Shown here: positions 10,262 through 19,359 of the stretch, piece by piece
How the letters are laid out: every line of letters begins with the position of its first letter
Position numbering within the stretch: position 1 is the first letter of the stretch
Origin: an uncultured Pseudobdellovibrionaceae bacterium
Lineage (GTDB): Bacteria > Bdellovibrionota > FAC87 > UBA2466
Length of the DNA stretch: 64,000 nt
Reading direction: 5' to 3'
Assembly (NCBI GenBank): GCA_964604555.1
Contig: CAZRZK010000009.1
Span: forward strand, 11,261 to 75,260
Position numbers and translations under genes: made by a program
Notes under the pieces: generated by a model
What the model was told of the DNA's origin: nothing
The model's input: the letters and a program-made list of their open reading frames with translations, nothing else
Databases searched by the model: none

Positions 10262-11227
10262 TTAAGGCGTCACCTCGCCAGGAACTGTTCCTCTAGAAAT
10301 CCTTTTGGAATAAAAATTCATAAAGAGACCAATCCCAATAAAATAGAGGATCCAACCCACATGATTATGGAAGGCACCAATAAAATACTTGTGCGCGAGG
10401 GCTCGTCCCCAATATTTCACAGCGAGAGTTGCGGCAGCGAAGAAAAGGGAGATTCGAAATATATTCAATAAAAACATCATGAGGACCCCTAAAAGATAAT
10501 ACTTGAGCATTCGAAAGGGGCGGGGTGTCCCTTTTTCAAACATGAGTAGAATTGAAAAGGTGAAGAGAAAAAAGAAAATGCCCTCCATGCCGCTACAAGG
10601 CTCAGAAATGAGAGCGGAGAATTGAGGGTGATTAATTCCAAAATGTTTTCCGATTGTGCACTTCACGCCCATACCTATCCCCGAAAGGATAAAACAAACA
10701 GCAGGACCGGTAATTGCTACAATGGGTTGCCATAAGTAATAAACAAGATGGACATATCCCGTCAGCAGCCATAGACAAAACAGAAAGGCCAAAAAAAGTT
10801 GGGGGGAATTCCGCATCAACGAGGAAAAGGGTTGAAAGGGTATGTAGACCGACCAACATGAAAATAAAATCGAGAAGGAAAGAGTGCAGAGCATGAAAGC
10901 ATACGAAACATAACCGATTTTCCCAATCGAACTATGGTTAATTGAAAGGAGGCTTAAAAGGAGGCATAAAAAAACCAGATTTAAAATGAGGTTCGGGACT
11001 CTTAAGGCATATTGAAAAGATTGGTTCTCAGTCAGTAGCCAGATAAAAAGGCAGGTGCCCAAAACACCCGGCACCACCAAATCTACCGCCTCCGATCCCA
11101 AAGAAACATTCCCAGGCCCTAATTGAGCTCGAAATGCGGCTCGCAGGATGAAGATCTCGACTGAAGGGATCCCCACCAAAAGGAGAATATCCCTCGCGAA
11201 AAATTTGATTCGATCCGACGTATTCAT
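10262..11227 (-). CDS. Polytopic membrane protein, exosortase/archaeosortase-family-like
   Basis: About 8 TM helices in 321 aa. Conserved-looking Cys in EPCSGMEG, Arg in LLNIFRISLFF and later His/Asn (HNHVGW) resemble the exosortase catalytic motifs. It lies immediately downstream of the pilin genes. Confidence 0.4.
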   Translation of the reverse strand: MNTSDRIKFFARDILLLVGIPSVEIFILRAAFRAQLGPGNVSLGSEAVDLVVPGVLGTCLFIWLLTENQSFQYALRVPNLILNLVFLCLLLSLLSINHSSIGKIGYVSYAFMLCTLSFSILFSCWSVYIPFQPFSSLMRNSPQLFLAFLFCLWLLTGYVHLVYYLWQPIVAITGPAVCFILSGIGMGVKCTIGKHFGINHPQFSALISEPCSGMEGIFFFLFTFSILLMFEKGTPRPFRMLKYYLLGVLMMFLLNIFRISLFFAAATLAVKYWGRALAHKYFIGAFHNHVGWILYFIGIGLFMNFYSKRISRGTVPGEVTP

Positions 11228-11245
11228 TTTTTATAAAATGCAAGC

Positions 11246-11368
11246 GGGATGATGGTTTTCACAAAGGTACGGCCTACCTTTGTGAAGACAGCGTCATTCA
11301 CAAAGGTAGGCCGTACCTTTGTGAAAACCATCCGATGACGAAACAGATGGCACTTTTTCAACAAAGCC
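11246..11368. repeat. MITE/REP-like nested palindromic element, copy 1
   Basis: A 36-bp perfect inverted repeat (GATGGTTTTCACAAAGGTACGGCCTACCTTTGTGAA ... reverse complement) around a 10-bp loop, with each arm itself palindromic. It is followed by the conserved tail CCGATGACGAAACAGATGGCACTTTTTCAACAAAGCC. A second copy is at 33481-33599. Confidence 0.7.
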
Positions 11369-11370
11369 CA

Positions 11371-11928
11371 CTAATACTGGATGACGATGTCATCCCCTCC
11401 CCCATCAGCCTTATTAGGACCATAACTCTCTACTTCACGAGGAGAGGTGGAAAAAACATAATCGGTACCCCAGGCATCCTTCTGGTAACTGCTTATAGCA
11501 GCGCTATCGAGGTAGGGTCCTCTCCAACCCAATCGGGTAATAGCATCATAAGTGGCCACCATCGCCGGCTGCACTACTAAATCGGTCAGACCTGAGGGCA
11601 AAGCTCCGACATCCGACTCGTACCCAGGGAAAACATAAGTGCCGGCAGCGACCACCCTATTATCCCCGGTGATAGCACGTTTAATCGCTGCCATTTCGTC
11701 CTTCGTAATGGCCGTTTTTGCATCATCTCTGAGATCGAAAAAATTGGGAATAGATATCGTGGCAAGAATCGCCAATAGCAGAATCACCATCACAATTTCG
11801 ATGATGGTAAATCCAGACAAAGAATTAATATTCGTTTTCAGAATTTCCGGAGGTACCGGAGTTCTTTGCGGAGTTGGCCCAAATCTGACCTGTGGTTGCA
11901 TTGTAACACCACCCGATGTGTTGTTCAT
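11371..11928 (-). CDS. Type IV pilin / pseudopilin-like protein (prepilin N-terminal cleavage-methylation domain)
   Basis: G|FTIIEIVMVILLLAILATISIPNF has Glu5 and the hydrophobic N-terminal helix. The ATG at 11928 would give a 39-aa leader and overlap the upstream pilin; a non-ATG start near 11841 (CTG) giving a 10-aa leader is more plausible. Confidence 0.7.
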   Translation of the reverse strand: MNNTSGGVTMQPQVRFGPTPQRTPVPPEILKTNINSLSGFTIIEIVMVILLLAILATISIPNFFDLRDDAKTAITKDEMAAIKRAITGDNRVVAAGTYVFPGYESDVGALPSGLTDLVVQPAMVATYDAITRLGWRGPYLDSAAISSYQKDAWGTDYVFSTSPREVESYGPNKADGGGDDIVIQY

Positions 11929-12364
11929 CTGCTCCTGAACGAATAAAAGATTTGCTTAAAGAGGAGCAGTTCCAAATGGACCGCCATTGAGCTGAGGGGA
12001 CCGTAGTGAGAGTCCAAGGATTACTGGGAACCCCTTGCGCTTCGTCTAATATCTTCTTGTTCTGAGCTGCGTAAGCGGTCAAGACTGGATGGGAACCATC
12101 ATAGGCATTCCCTTGCATCTCCAAAACCGTTGGATACTTCGGAGTGTAGTTCGCCGGATCTTCCTTTAACGCGATTGATGCGGTCGCCACTGCCACCGCC
12201 GCCCTGAGCGCCCCCAGAGCTCCGTAGGTCGCTCCGTTTTTCGCCTCTACTCGGAAGTCGATGAAGTTCGGTATCGCGATTGCGGCCAATATCGCCAGCA
12301 ACAAAATCACCATTACCAATTCGATTAAGGTAAATCCACGGAGATTGCGGAGTTTTTTTATCAT
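11825..12364 (-). CDS. Type IV pilin (PilA-like), tandem copy 2
   Basis: Leader MIKKLRNLRG|FTLIELVMV with Glu5, and a C-terminal disulfide loop C-x19-C. Over 90% identical to the adjacent copy. Confidence 0.8.
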   Translation of the reverse strand: MIKKLRNLRGFTLIELVMVILLLAILAAIAIPNFIDFRVEAKNGATYGALGALRAAVAVATASIALKEDPANYTPKYPTVLEMQGNAYDGSHPVLTAYAAQNKKILDEAQGVPSNPWTLTTVPSAQWRSIWNCSSLSKSFIRSGADEQHIGWCYNATTGQIWANSAKNSGTSGNSENEY

Positions 12365-12373
12365 TCCTTACTC

Positions 12374-12913
12374 TTAGTATTGGTTCTCTGTATTTCCAGC
12401 CGAACCCGCGTTTTTAGCAGAGTTCGCCCAGATCTGACCTGTGGTTGCATTGTAACACCACCCGAGGTGTTGTTCATCTGCTCCTGAACGAATAAAAGAT
12501 TTGCTCAAAGCGGAGCAGTTCCAAATCGATCGCCATTGAGCTGTGGGGACCGTAGTGAGAGTCCAAGGATTACTGGGAACCCCTTGCGCTTCGTCTAATA
12601 TCTTCTTGTTCTGAGCTGCGTAAGCGGTCAAGACTGGATGGGAACCATCATAGGCATTCCCTTGCATCTCCAAAACCGTTGGATACTTCGGAGTGTAGTT
12701 CGCCGGATCTTCCTTTAACGCGATTGATGCGGTCGCCACTGCCACCGCCGCCCTGAGCGCCCCCAGAGCTCCGTAGGTCGCTCCGTTTTTCGCCTCTACT
12801 CGGAAGTCGATGAAGTTCGGTATCGCGATTGCGGCCAATATCGCCAGCAACAAAATCACCATTACCAATTCGATTAAGGTAAATCCACGAGCCAATCTTT
12901 GTTTAAGCGTCAT
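12374..12913 (-). CDS. Type IV pilin (PilA-like), tandem copy 1
   Basis: Leader MTLKQRLARG|FTLIELVMV with Glu5, and the same C-terminal Cys loop. A near-identical direct duplication of about 490 bp shared with copy 2. Confidence 0.8.
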   Translation of the reverse strand: MTLKQRLARGFTLIELVMVILLLAILAAIAIPNFIDFRVEAKNGATYGALGALRAAVAVATASIALKEDPANYTPKYPTVLEMQGNAYDGSHPVLTAYAAQNKKILDEAQGVPSNPWTLTTVPTAQWRSIWNCSALSKSFIRSGADEQHLGWCYNATTGQIWANSAKNAGSAGNTENQY

Positions 12914-13153
12914 GACTGTTGCCTTCCTCCGACTATCGAACTGACGATTTTTAAATTGATGACGTTAAGCTGCAGCAAATACCCGATAAAATTATTATAT
13001 CGTGAAGATCTTTGAACAGCAACTGTGCTGAGTTTCATCTCATTTAATTGTATAGGGATTTCGCCCAGATCACAAACGGCTCACAAACTCCCTATACGCA
13101 ACGAGTCAATAACGGCAGTTGAAAAGATCCCTATTTCGGATGATTCTGCTCGC

Positions 13154-14791
13154 ATGCCAACCTCCATTTTATTCCTACTCATCCTGGTTTTTAACGACGT
13201 ATTTGCAGCTCCTGCTCAAATCACTTTGAATCAATTCAAAATGGGATGGGAAGACGGTCCAAGCCACCCTCTTCATTATTTGAGTTTCAATGAATATGCA
13301 TTAACCCTGACTCGTCTGACACACGACCCCTTGATCGAAATGGGTCCTGATTCTCTCATTCCTATTCCTCGACTCGCTAAAAAATGGGAATGGAATGCGA
13401 AAAAAAAGGGATGGATTTTAGAACTTGACTCGAGTGCTCGCTTCTCTGATGGAGCTCCAATAACAAGCAACGACATCCTTTTCACTTGGAACTGCCTTCA
13501 AGAGCCCTTGGCCGAGCTGACCCCAATCAAAGGACGTTTTCGGGATTGGCAAGGGATAAAAAAAATCGATTCCCATCATTTCATCATACTGACCGCCTCC
13601 AAAAATCTGAGCCATCTCTATCGAATGGCCCAATTCTTTGTTTTACCTCAACACCTTTTCAACTCACCTCAAGAGTGGAGTGCCAAGCGAGGACTCCCTC
13701 TGATGGGGTCCGGTCCCTATACTCTAGAGGAGAGTAAGATCGGACAGCATTTCATCCTCAAACGCACCCCCCTTTATTGGGGATCAGCACTCCCACAAAA
13801 TAAAGGACGTTATAATTTTGAAAAATTGATCTTCCCGATCATCCCAGAAGGGAATGCACGCATGGAACTATTGAAGCGGGGAGAGATCGATGCTCTCTAC
13901 GTGAATGTCACCAAAACCTGGATGACCCAAACTGGAAGTCCGGAATTCGAAAAAGGTTATATTCAAAAGCTCCTCATTGAAAATAAACACCCCCACCCCC
14001 TTTTTACTTTTATTTGGAATTTACGACGTCCACAGTTTCAAGACATTCGGGTGCGAAAAGCCTTGGCGCACTTGATGAATCGAGAATCTTGGCTCACCCT
14101 CTACTTTTATAATCAATACAAATTGGCTAATACCCTCTTCCCTCACCTACTCGATCCTTCAAAGTTTAGAAATCGGGAAGTCATGGACTTCGATCCGGCA
14201 AAGGCCAAAACTTTACTCAAAGAAGCGGGCTGGACGTTGAACTCTCAAGGACAACTCCAAAAAGAAGGAAAGGCCTTTCAGTTTGAAATATTAAGCGACA
14301 CTCCGGCACTGAATACCATTTTAACGGCTTACCAAGAGGATCTGGCAAAAGCTGGAATTCAGATGAAGATCCGAAATGTCGATTGGACCACGGAAGAGAA
14401 GCTTCTTTCCCAACATGATTTCGATGCTGTCCCACAAAGCAATGCACCCGCCTTTTTCCCGACCGCTGGAACCATCCATGGAGAATTGGAATTAAGCGGT
14501 TATCAGAATCCTGCGCTGGAAACTCTGCTTCAAAAGCTGGAACATCCCCAGAGTGAAAAGCAACGCCTCTCTTTGCTCACCGAGATTGATGCCTTAATTG
14601 CGGAGGCCCAACCGATGGCCATGGGATGGCAACCCAAATATGCTCGGATCGCAGTCTGGAACCGTTTTACCTATTCTCGCCCCTATCTGGATTTTTCCAC
14701 CTGGAACAACTTTTTTGATTACTGGGAATGGCAACCTGAAAAGGATAAAAAATTGAGAAAGGCCCAGGAACAAGGGATACCATTTGGTTAA
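13154..14791 (+). CDS. ABC transporter substrate-binding protein, family 5 (oligopeptide/dipeptide-type)
   Basis: Signal peptide follows the Met at 13154. Size (~545 aa) and pattern fit family 5 SBPs, and two peptide-type permease genes follow. The ORF could alternatively start at 13025. Confidence 0.6.
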   Translation: MPTSILFLLILVFNDVFAAPAQITLNQFKMGWEDGPSHPLHYLSFNEYALTLTRLTHDPLIEMGPDSLIPIPRLAKKWEWNAKKKGWILELDSSARFSDGAPITSNDILFTWNCLQEPLAELTPIKGRFRDWQGIKKIDSHHFIILTASKNLSHLYRMAQFFVLPQHLFNSPQEWSAKRGLPLMGSGPYTLEESKIGQHFILKRTPLYWGSALPQNKGRYNFEKLIFPIIPEGNARMELLKRGEIDALYVNVTKTWMTQTGSPEFEKGYIQKLLIENKHPHPLFTFIWNLRRPQFQDIRVRKALAHLMNRESWLTLYFYNQYKLANTLFPHLLDPSKFRNREVMDFDPAKAKTLLKEAGWTLNSQGQLQKEGKAFQFEILSDTPALNTILTAYQEDLAKAGIQMKIRNVDWTTEEKLLSQHDFDAVPQSNAPAFFPTAGTIHGELELSGYQNPALETLLQKLEHPQSEKQRLSLLTEIDALIAEAQPMAMGWQPKYARIAVWNRFTYSRPYLDFSTWNNFFDYWEWQPEKDKKLRKAQEQGIPFG

Positions 14792-15662
14792 ATTCTTCTT
14801 TCTATCCCTTTTCTGTTTTTACCTCTTTCATTTCCTTCCGGACGACCACCAATTCTACCAACGAGCCGAGTGGAGGAAGCAGGGGGGGCACCCCCCTTCG
14901 CAACCCATCCCTGTTCAAGACCCTTTCCACACTTATTTAAATTGGATGGGAAACATCCTAAGACTGGACTTTGGAACCTCTCTTGTGACCCATCAACCGA
15001 TTCAGTGCCTTATCCTTAAACCCCTTGCCGTTACGGGATTATTGGGAGCAATGGCATTCATTAGTGGTGTATTGATGGGAAACCTGCTTGCTTTGCTCCA
15101 CTGGCTTTCCCCTCTCCTCATCAAGAGCTGCTTGGAAATCGGCTCCATGCTCCTTTTCTCTGTTCCCAGTTTTTTTATTGCATTGCTCTCACTCCGTCTT
15201 TTTTCTGGTACAACTTTTAATCCCGTTTATAACTCGATCGATTCCTTCCCTTTCGGGGGAATTTTCCTCGCGGGAGCTATTCTCGGATTAGGGTTGATCG
15301 ATTTTATTTTCCGAATTTCCAGCAGCTCCTTGAAACAAATAAAAGACTCTTCCTACTACCGCTACCTCTCCACTCTGCAGCTCCCGCTCTCCTTTCAACT
15401 CAATACCCTCTTCCCCGTCTTCATGATCCCTCAACTCACCTTTTTTTCCCTCTATTTCGCCCCTATTTTACTGGGCGCTGTAGTGATGGAATCGATCTTT
15501 AATCTTCCAGGCATTGGAAATTTAATCCTCCGTTCAACCTTAGCGCGGGATTATCCCGTATTAGCTGCTATTTTGCTGCTGGTGGGTGGAATTCATCTCC
15601 TCACTTCCAATTGCGCGAAGTTGTTTTCACATTGGACGAATCCACTTTTGTTGAATCCATGA
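14784..15662 (+). CDS. ABC transporter permease (OppB/DppB-like)
   Basis: Multiple TM segments and the binding-protein-dependent inner-membrane component pattern. Overlaps the SBP stop. The start codon (TTG) is uncertain. Confidence 0.6.
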   Translation: MVKFFFLSLFCFYLFHFLPDDHQFYQRAEWRKQGGHPPSQPIPVQDPFHTYLNWMGNILRLDFGTSLVTHQPIQCLILKPLAVTGLLGAMAFISGVLMGNLLALLHWLSPLLIKSCLEIGSMLLFSVPSFFIALLSLRLFSGTTFNPVYNSIDSFPFGGIFLAGAILGLGLIDFIFRISSSSLKQIKDSSYYRYLSTLQLPLSFQLNTLFPVFMIPQLTFFSLYFAPILLGAVVMESIFNLPGIGNLILRSTLARDYPVLAAILLLVGGIHLLTSNCAKLFSHWTNPLLLNP

Positions 15663-16414
15663 AACCCTTTCTTCTCCTGATTTCACTCTGGTTTTTTATC
15701 ACTGTGATCCCCCTTCCTCCGGAAAACAGCACCATCCCGGGACTTTCCATGCCCCCTCCCCTCTCTCCGACTCTCCAGCACTGGTGGGGAACCGACAGTC
15801 GGGGACGGGATCTCTTGGTTAGAACGCTCTATGCAGTCCGTAATGGATTGGGGTTTACCCTAGGGATTGGAGTCGTTTCGCTTCTGATCGGGATCCTGCT
15901 TGGAATTTCACAGGCCTACTGGCATCAACGGCTGGATCCCATTCTCTCATTTATCGAAGATGTGATTTACATCATCCCACTGGCAATTCTCATCATTGCC
16001 GTTTCGAGCCTCATTCCCATCACTTCATTTTATTTATCGACGATTTGGATCCTGATGACTGCTATCCAGATTACTAAATGGGTGCGGGATGAAGCGATGC
16101 AGGTGATTCAACAAGGATTTCTCAAAAGCGCCGTGACCATGGGAAATTCGCCTCTCCGCATTTTATTCGTTCACCTTCTTCCCCATGCGCTGCGAAGCAC
16201 GCTGGCGATTCTCCCCCTGCTGGGAATTGGGATCCTTCTTTCCCTGGCTTCACTCGATTTTTTAGGATTTGGTTTCCCGCCTCCCATGGCCACCTTTGGG
16301 AGTCTTTTTCGGGATGCTTATGAAAACAATGAGGCGTGGTGGTTGATCTTCTACCCCAGCTTAACGATTGCCGGGATTCTTTTTCTTTTTCAACGGCTTT
16401 TGAAATCTAGTTGA
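15659..16414 (+). CDS. ABC transporter permease (OppC/DppC-like)
   Basis: EAA-like loop region (ITKWVRDEAMQVIQQGFLKSAVTMGNSPLRILFVHLLPHAL). ATGA overlap with the preceding permease indicates translational coupling. Confidence 0.65.
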   Translation: MKPFLLLISLWFFITVIPLPPENSTIPGLSMPPPLSPTLQHWWGTDSRGRDLLVRTLYAVRNGLGFTLGIGVVSLLIGILLGISQAYWHQRLDPILSFIEDVIYIIPLAILIIAVSSLIPITSFYLSTIWILMTAIQITKWVRDEAMQVIQQGFLKSAVTMGNSPLRILFVHLLPHALRSTLAILPLLGIGILLSLASLDFLGFGFPPPMATFGSLFRDAYENNEAWWLIFYPSLTIAGILFLFQRLLKSS

Positions 16415-16464
16415 AATAAGGTTGATTCCTCGCGTTCGGTGCATTTTTATATTATACCACTCCC

Positions 16465-17034
16465 ATGGATCTCCTTTACCAGACTCCGGAGGAATGGGCC
16501 GATGTAGCCTTAAGGGACTTTGGCTCATTTCTGCTCGATCATGCTTCTTGCGAACGGAAAGCCAGCAGCGTGGGAATGTCCTTCGTGGTGCGCTACCCCG
16601 ATCGCCCCAAACTCCTGGAACCGATGATCCATTTTGCTCGAGAAGAACTGGAACATTTTCACCAGGTCTTTAAAAGGATCCAGGAGCGGGGATTATTGCT
16701 TCCTCCCGACGAGGAGGATCCTTACGTCACTCAACTGATGAAATCGGTCCGCTTCGGACGGGAAGAGCGTTTTCTCGATCGGCTCTTGGTTTCCTCTTTG
16801 ATTGAAGCTCGGGGATTTGAACGCTTGCAATTGGTAGCCAATCGATTGACTGAACCGCTGCTGCAAGATTTTTACAGCCGATTGGCGAGGGCGGAACGGC
16901 AGCACCGCGACCTCTTTTTGGAGATGGCCCACCTCTTTTTCAAGAAAGAGATCGTGGAGACACGATTGCATGAACTGCTCATCGCCGAGGCAAAGGCGAT
17001 CCAATCGATCCCCTTCAGCCACCACTTGCATTAA
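16465..17034 (+). CDS. MiaE-like ferritin-fold di-iron protein (tRNA ms2io6A hydroxylase family)
   Basis: LDHASCERKASSVGMSFVVRY and REELEHFHQV resemble the MiaE di-iron ligand helices (E..K, ExxH). Confidence 0.5.
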   Translation: MDLLYQTPEEWADVALRDFGSFLLDHASCERKASSVGMSFVVRYPDRPKLLEPMIHFAREELEHFHQVFKRIQERGLLLPPDEEDPYVTQLMKSVRFGREERFLDRLLVSSLIEARGFERLQLVANRLTEPLLQDFYSRLARAERQHRDLFLEMAHLFFKKEIVETRLHELLIAEAKAIQSIPFSHHLH

Positions 17035-17052
17035 CTCGAGAAGATATGAAGC

Positions 17053-18120
17053 CTATTTTATGACTTCGGTATCGATACGTGTTTTCAGAATGTACTTATC
17101 TTTGAAGGTCATCACGATAGAGGCGACTAATCGGCCATTTCCCTCAGCATCTGGAACCTGATCAAATACAATTTCTGTCTTCTCAAGATCAGAGGAACTA
17201 TAACTTTTTCCATCTATAAAGAAATCAACCAACAATTTATTCTCCCCCTCTTGGTAGAAGGGATAACCATAAGTACCATTCCATTGGTTAGTAACGTAGG
17301 TCACGCCAATAGCAGGAATAAAGTTCATTTCGAAGGATAAAGAATGCGAGTATCGAAGCAAAGAGTACTCGGATGGATCAGCGAATTCATATTTTTGGAT
17401 CGAAAACCGAAAGACCGGGCCGTAGGATTCGGAATCGGCTTGAATCGCCGGGAAGTAGTTGGCAGAGACCGCATTGGGAATCAATTCGACAATTTCTTCG
17501 ACTGGTTCGGGAGGAGGAGTGTACACATAGACTTCAGCTTCCGCGTCCAGTGTAAACTTTAAACTAATATCCCCCTTGAGGAAGAGATTTACGATTACCG
17601 ATAGGGTTCGCTCTCCTTCGGCGCTGGGTAGTTTGATGAAGGTAATTTCTGCCTTTTCAATATCCTCCTCAAAAAACAATTCATTGCTCTCAGGATCGTG
17701 CCACAAAAAGCCATCGATTCTGAGCCATTTTTCATCCGTATTGTAGTAGAGTTGCGTGGAGGAAAATTCTGAATGCTGCTGAAGGGAATAGGAAGTTCCC
17801 GGTTCAGGGACAAAGTTCAAATCTAATACGAGCGAATGAGATAAGCCACTTGCTTCATAGGTATAGGCTCCAATTGCGAGATAATCGGAGTAGCTACCCC
17901 ATGCATTCTGATATGCGGGTTGAAAGTACGCTTGAACTGAATCCGATATTAATTCTACCGTTCTGGGTTCACTGGTTTTCTGCTCCTCGCTTTGGTTTGT
18001 CGAACTGCTTTGAGACTTGTCCTCCGATTTTTTTTCCGGAGCCTTGCCCGTTCCTCGGTCGACGCCGCAGCTGGTAGCTAAAAACACACATAAAATCAAT
18101 GGGTTAAGGCGCTTAATCAC
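17053..18120 (-). CDS. Lipoprotein with internal two-domain duplication
   Basis: Signal peptide with lipobox (FLATSC). Two ~95-aa repeats have parallel motifs (NFVPEPGTSY...AEITFIKLPSAEGERTL / NFIPAIGVTY...TEIVFDQVPDAEGNGRL). Confidence 0.5.
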   Translation of the reverse strand: MIKRLNPLILCVFLATSCGVDRGTGKAPEKKSEDKSQSSSTNQSEEQKTSEPRTVELISDSVQAYFQPAYQNAWGSYSDYLAIGAYTYEASGLSHSLVLDLNFVPEPGTSYSLQQHSEFSSTQLYYNTDEKWLRIDGFLWHDPESNELFFEEDIEKAEITFIKLPSAEGERTLSVIVNLFLKGDISLKFTLDAEAEVYVYTPPPEPVEEIVELIPNAVSANYFPAIQADSESYGPVFRFSIQKYEFADPSEYSLLRYSHSLSFEMNFIPAIGVTYVTNQWNGTYGYPFYQEGENKLLVDFFIDGKSYSSSDLEKTEIVFDQVPDAEGNGRLVASIVMTFKDKYILKTRIDTEVIK

Positions 18121-18228
18121 AGAGGTTACTCCTGGTTGACTTCCAGTATACGATGGGTCGATCTCCTAAATCCTTTCAACGGTGTTTTTAATTGTAAGAA
18201 TCCCTATCAATGGATAGGAGGTATAAGA

Positions 18229-19359
18229 ATGGATTACTCACATTTCATGGAGCCTGAAAGTGCGTTGGCTGGAAAAATGCCGACAAAGATTTGGGGAAAT
18301 GTGGTGGTGATCCCTTTAATGGGGGAATCGGATGCGATCCTCAATTCATTCATTCAACAGATCCGAAACTGTCTGGTAATCGCGGTCATCAATCACCACG
18401 CAGAAACACCCCTCGAACAGATCCTTTTGAATAAAAAAATATGGGATCGACATGCGCCCCCAAGCACGGATTTCTATTTTTGCCCACAATTGAACGGAGT
18501 GGATATTCTTTTCATTAGAAAAGAGGTCCCGAAAAAAGAGGGGGTTGGGTTAGCTCGCAAATTAGGCTGTGATATCGCTTACCAATTAAAGAAGCTGAAT
18601 CGAATCGAATCGGCCTATATTCACACCACCGATGGGGATGCGACAATCGGTCCCGATTATTTTGAACTTCGCGACTCCTCAGCCTCGGCTTGGGTTCATC
18701 CTTTCGAACATGTTCCCTGTTCAACTGAAGCGACCCCAGAAGTGAATCGAGCGACCGAAATTTATGATCGATTTTTGCGCTATTACGTGGCGGGACTCGC
18801 CTATGCCGAATCTCCCTATGCCTTCCAAACGATTGGAAGCGCGATCGCCGTGCGAGCCGATAGCTACGCGGCAGTCAGGGGCTTCCCCAAAAAGAACGCG
18901 GGAGAGGATTTTTACCTTTTGAATAAAGTGGCAAAACTGGGAAAAGTGAAAGAAGGGGGAGGAAAGATCCAGCTCCGTTCCCGGATCTCCGATCGGGTTC
19001 CCTTCGGCACCGGAGCTTCCGTCAAAAAAATTACCGCCCAGCTTCTACAAGATGAAACCCCTCACTTCTATTCTCCCAGGATATTTCAATCGCTGCATAC
19101 TTTACTCAAGGAATGGGAATCTTTTCTTGATCACCAGTCGATCGATAAGATAAGTCGAATCGAGACCGAGTTTTTCGCTCCCTACGACCTCGAAAATATC
19201 TGGAGTACATTCTTAAAAGGCTCAAAGAGCCGGGAAACCCTGAAACGGAAAATTGAAGGTTGGTTTGATGCCTTCCGTACTCTTAAATATGTCCATTATC
19301 TAGACGAACATCGACACCCAGAGGTGCCCTATTACGAAGCTTTTGAAAGTTTTCGTTGA
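18229..19359 (+). CDS. Hypothetical protein, possibly glycosyltransferase family 2-like
   Basis: Strong RBS (AGGAGG) before the ATG at 18229. VVVIPLMGE and TDGDATIGPDYFE (DxD-like) motifs are suggestive, but the similarity is weak. Confidence 0.3.
   Translation: MDYSHFMEPESALAGKMPTKIWGNVVVIPLMGESDAILNSFIQQIRNCLVIAVINHHAETPLEQILLNKKIWDRHAPPSTDFYFCPQLNGVDILFIRKEVPKKEGVGLARKLGCDIAYQLKKLNRIESAYIHTTDGDATIGPDYFELRDSSASAWVHPFEHVPCSTEATPEVNRATEIYDRFLRYYVAGLAYAESPYAFQTIGSAIAVRADSYAAVRGFPKKNAGEDFYLLNKVAKLGKVKEGGGKIQLRSRISDRVPFGTGASVKKITAQLLQDETPHFYSPRIFQSLHTLLKEWESFLDHQSIDKISRIETEFFAPYDLENIWSTFLKGSKSRETLKRKIEGWFDAFRTLKYVHYLDEHRHPEVPYYEAFESFR

Noticed and set aside
10262-11227. Considered calling the membrane protein downstream of the pilins a prepilin peptidase (PilD)
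   Set aside because: It lacks the N-terminal CxxC zinc motif and the two conserved Asp blocks of PilD/A24 peptidases. The CSG/NIFRIS pattern fits exosortase-like enzymes better, so it is reported as exosortase-like at low confidence.
11335-11580. ORFs beginning MTKQMALFQQS... that start inside both copies of the MITE-like element (11335..11580 and the equivalent frame at ~33565)
   Set aside because: Only the first ~11 codons are conserved, because they are part of the repeat tail. Downstream sequence diverges immediately and overlaps real genes on the other strand. These are not treated as coding, though translation of a mini-peptide is not excluded.
11825-12913. Two ~550-bp direct repeats that might be taken for a CRISPR-like or IS-flanked array
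   Set aside because: The repeat units are complete protein-coding type IV pilin genes with leaders, Glu5 and disulfide loops, so this is a gene duplication, not a CRISPR array. No short repeat-spacer structure is present anywhere in the window.
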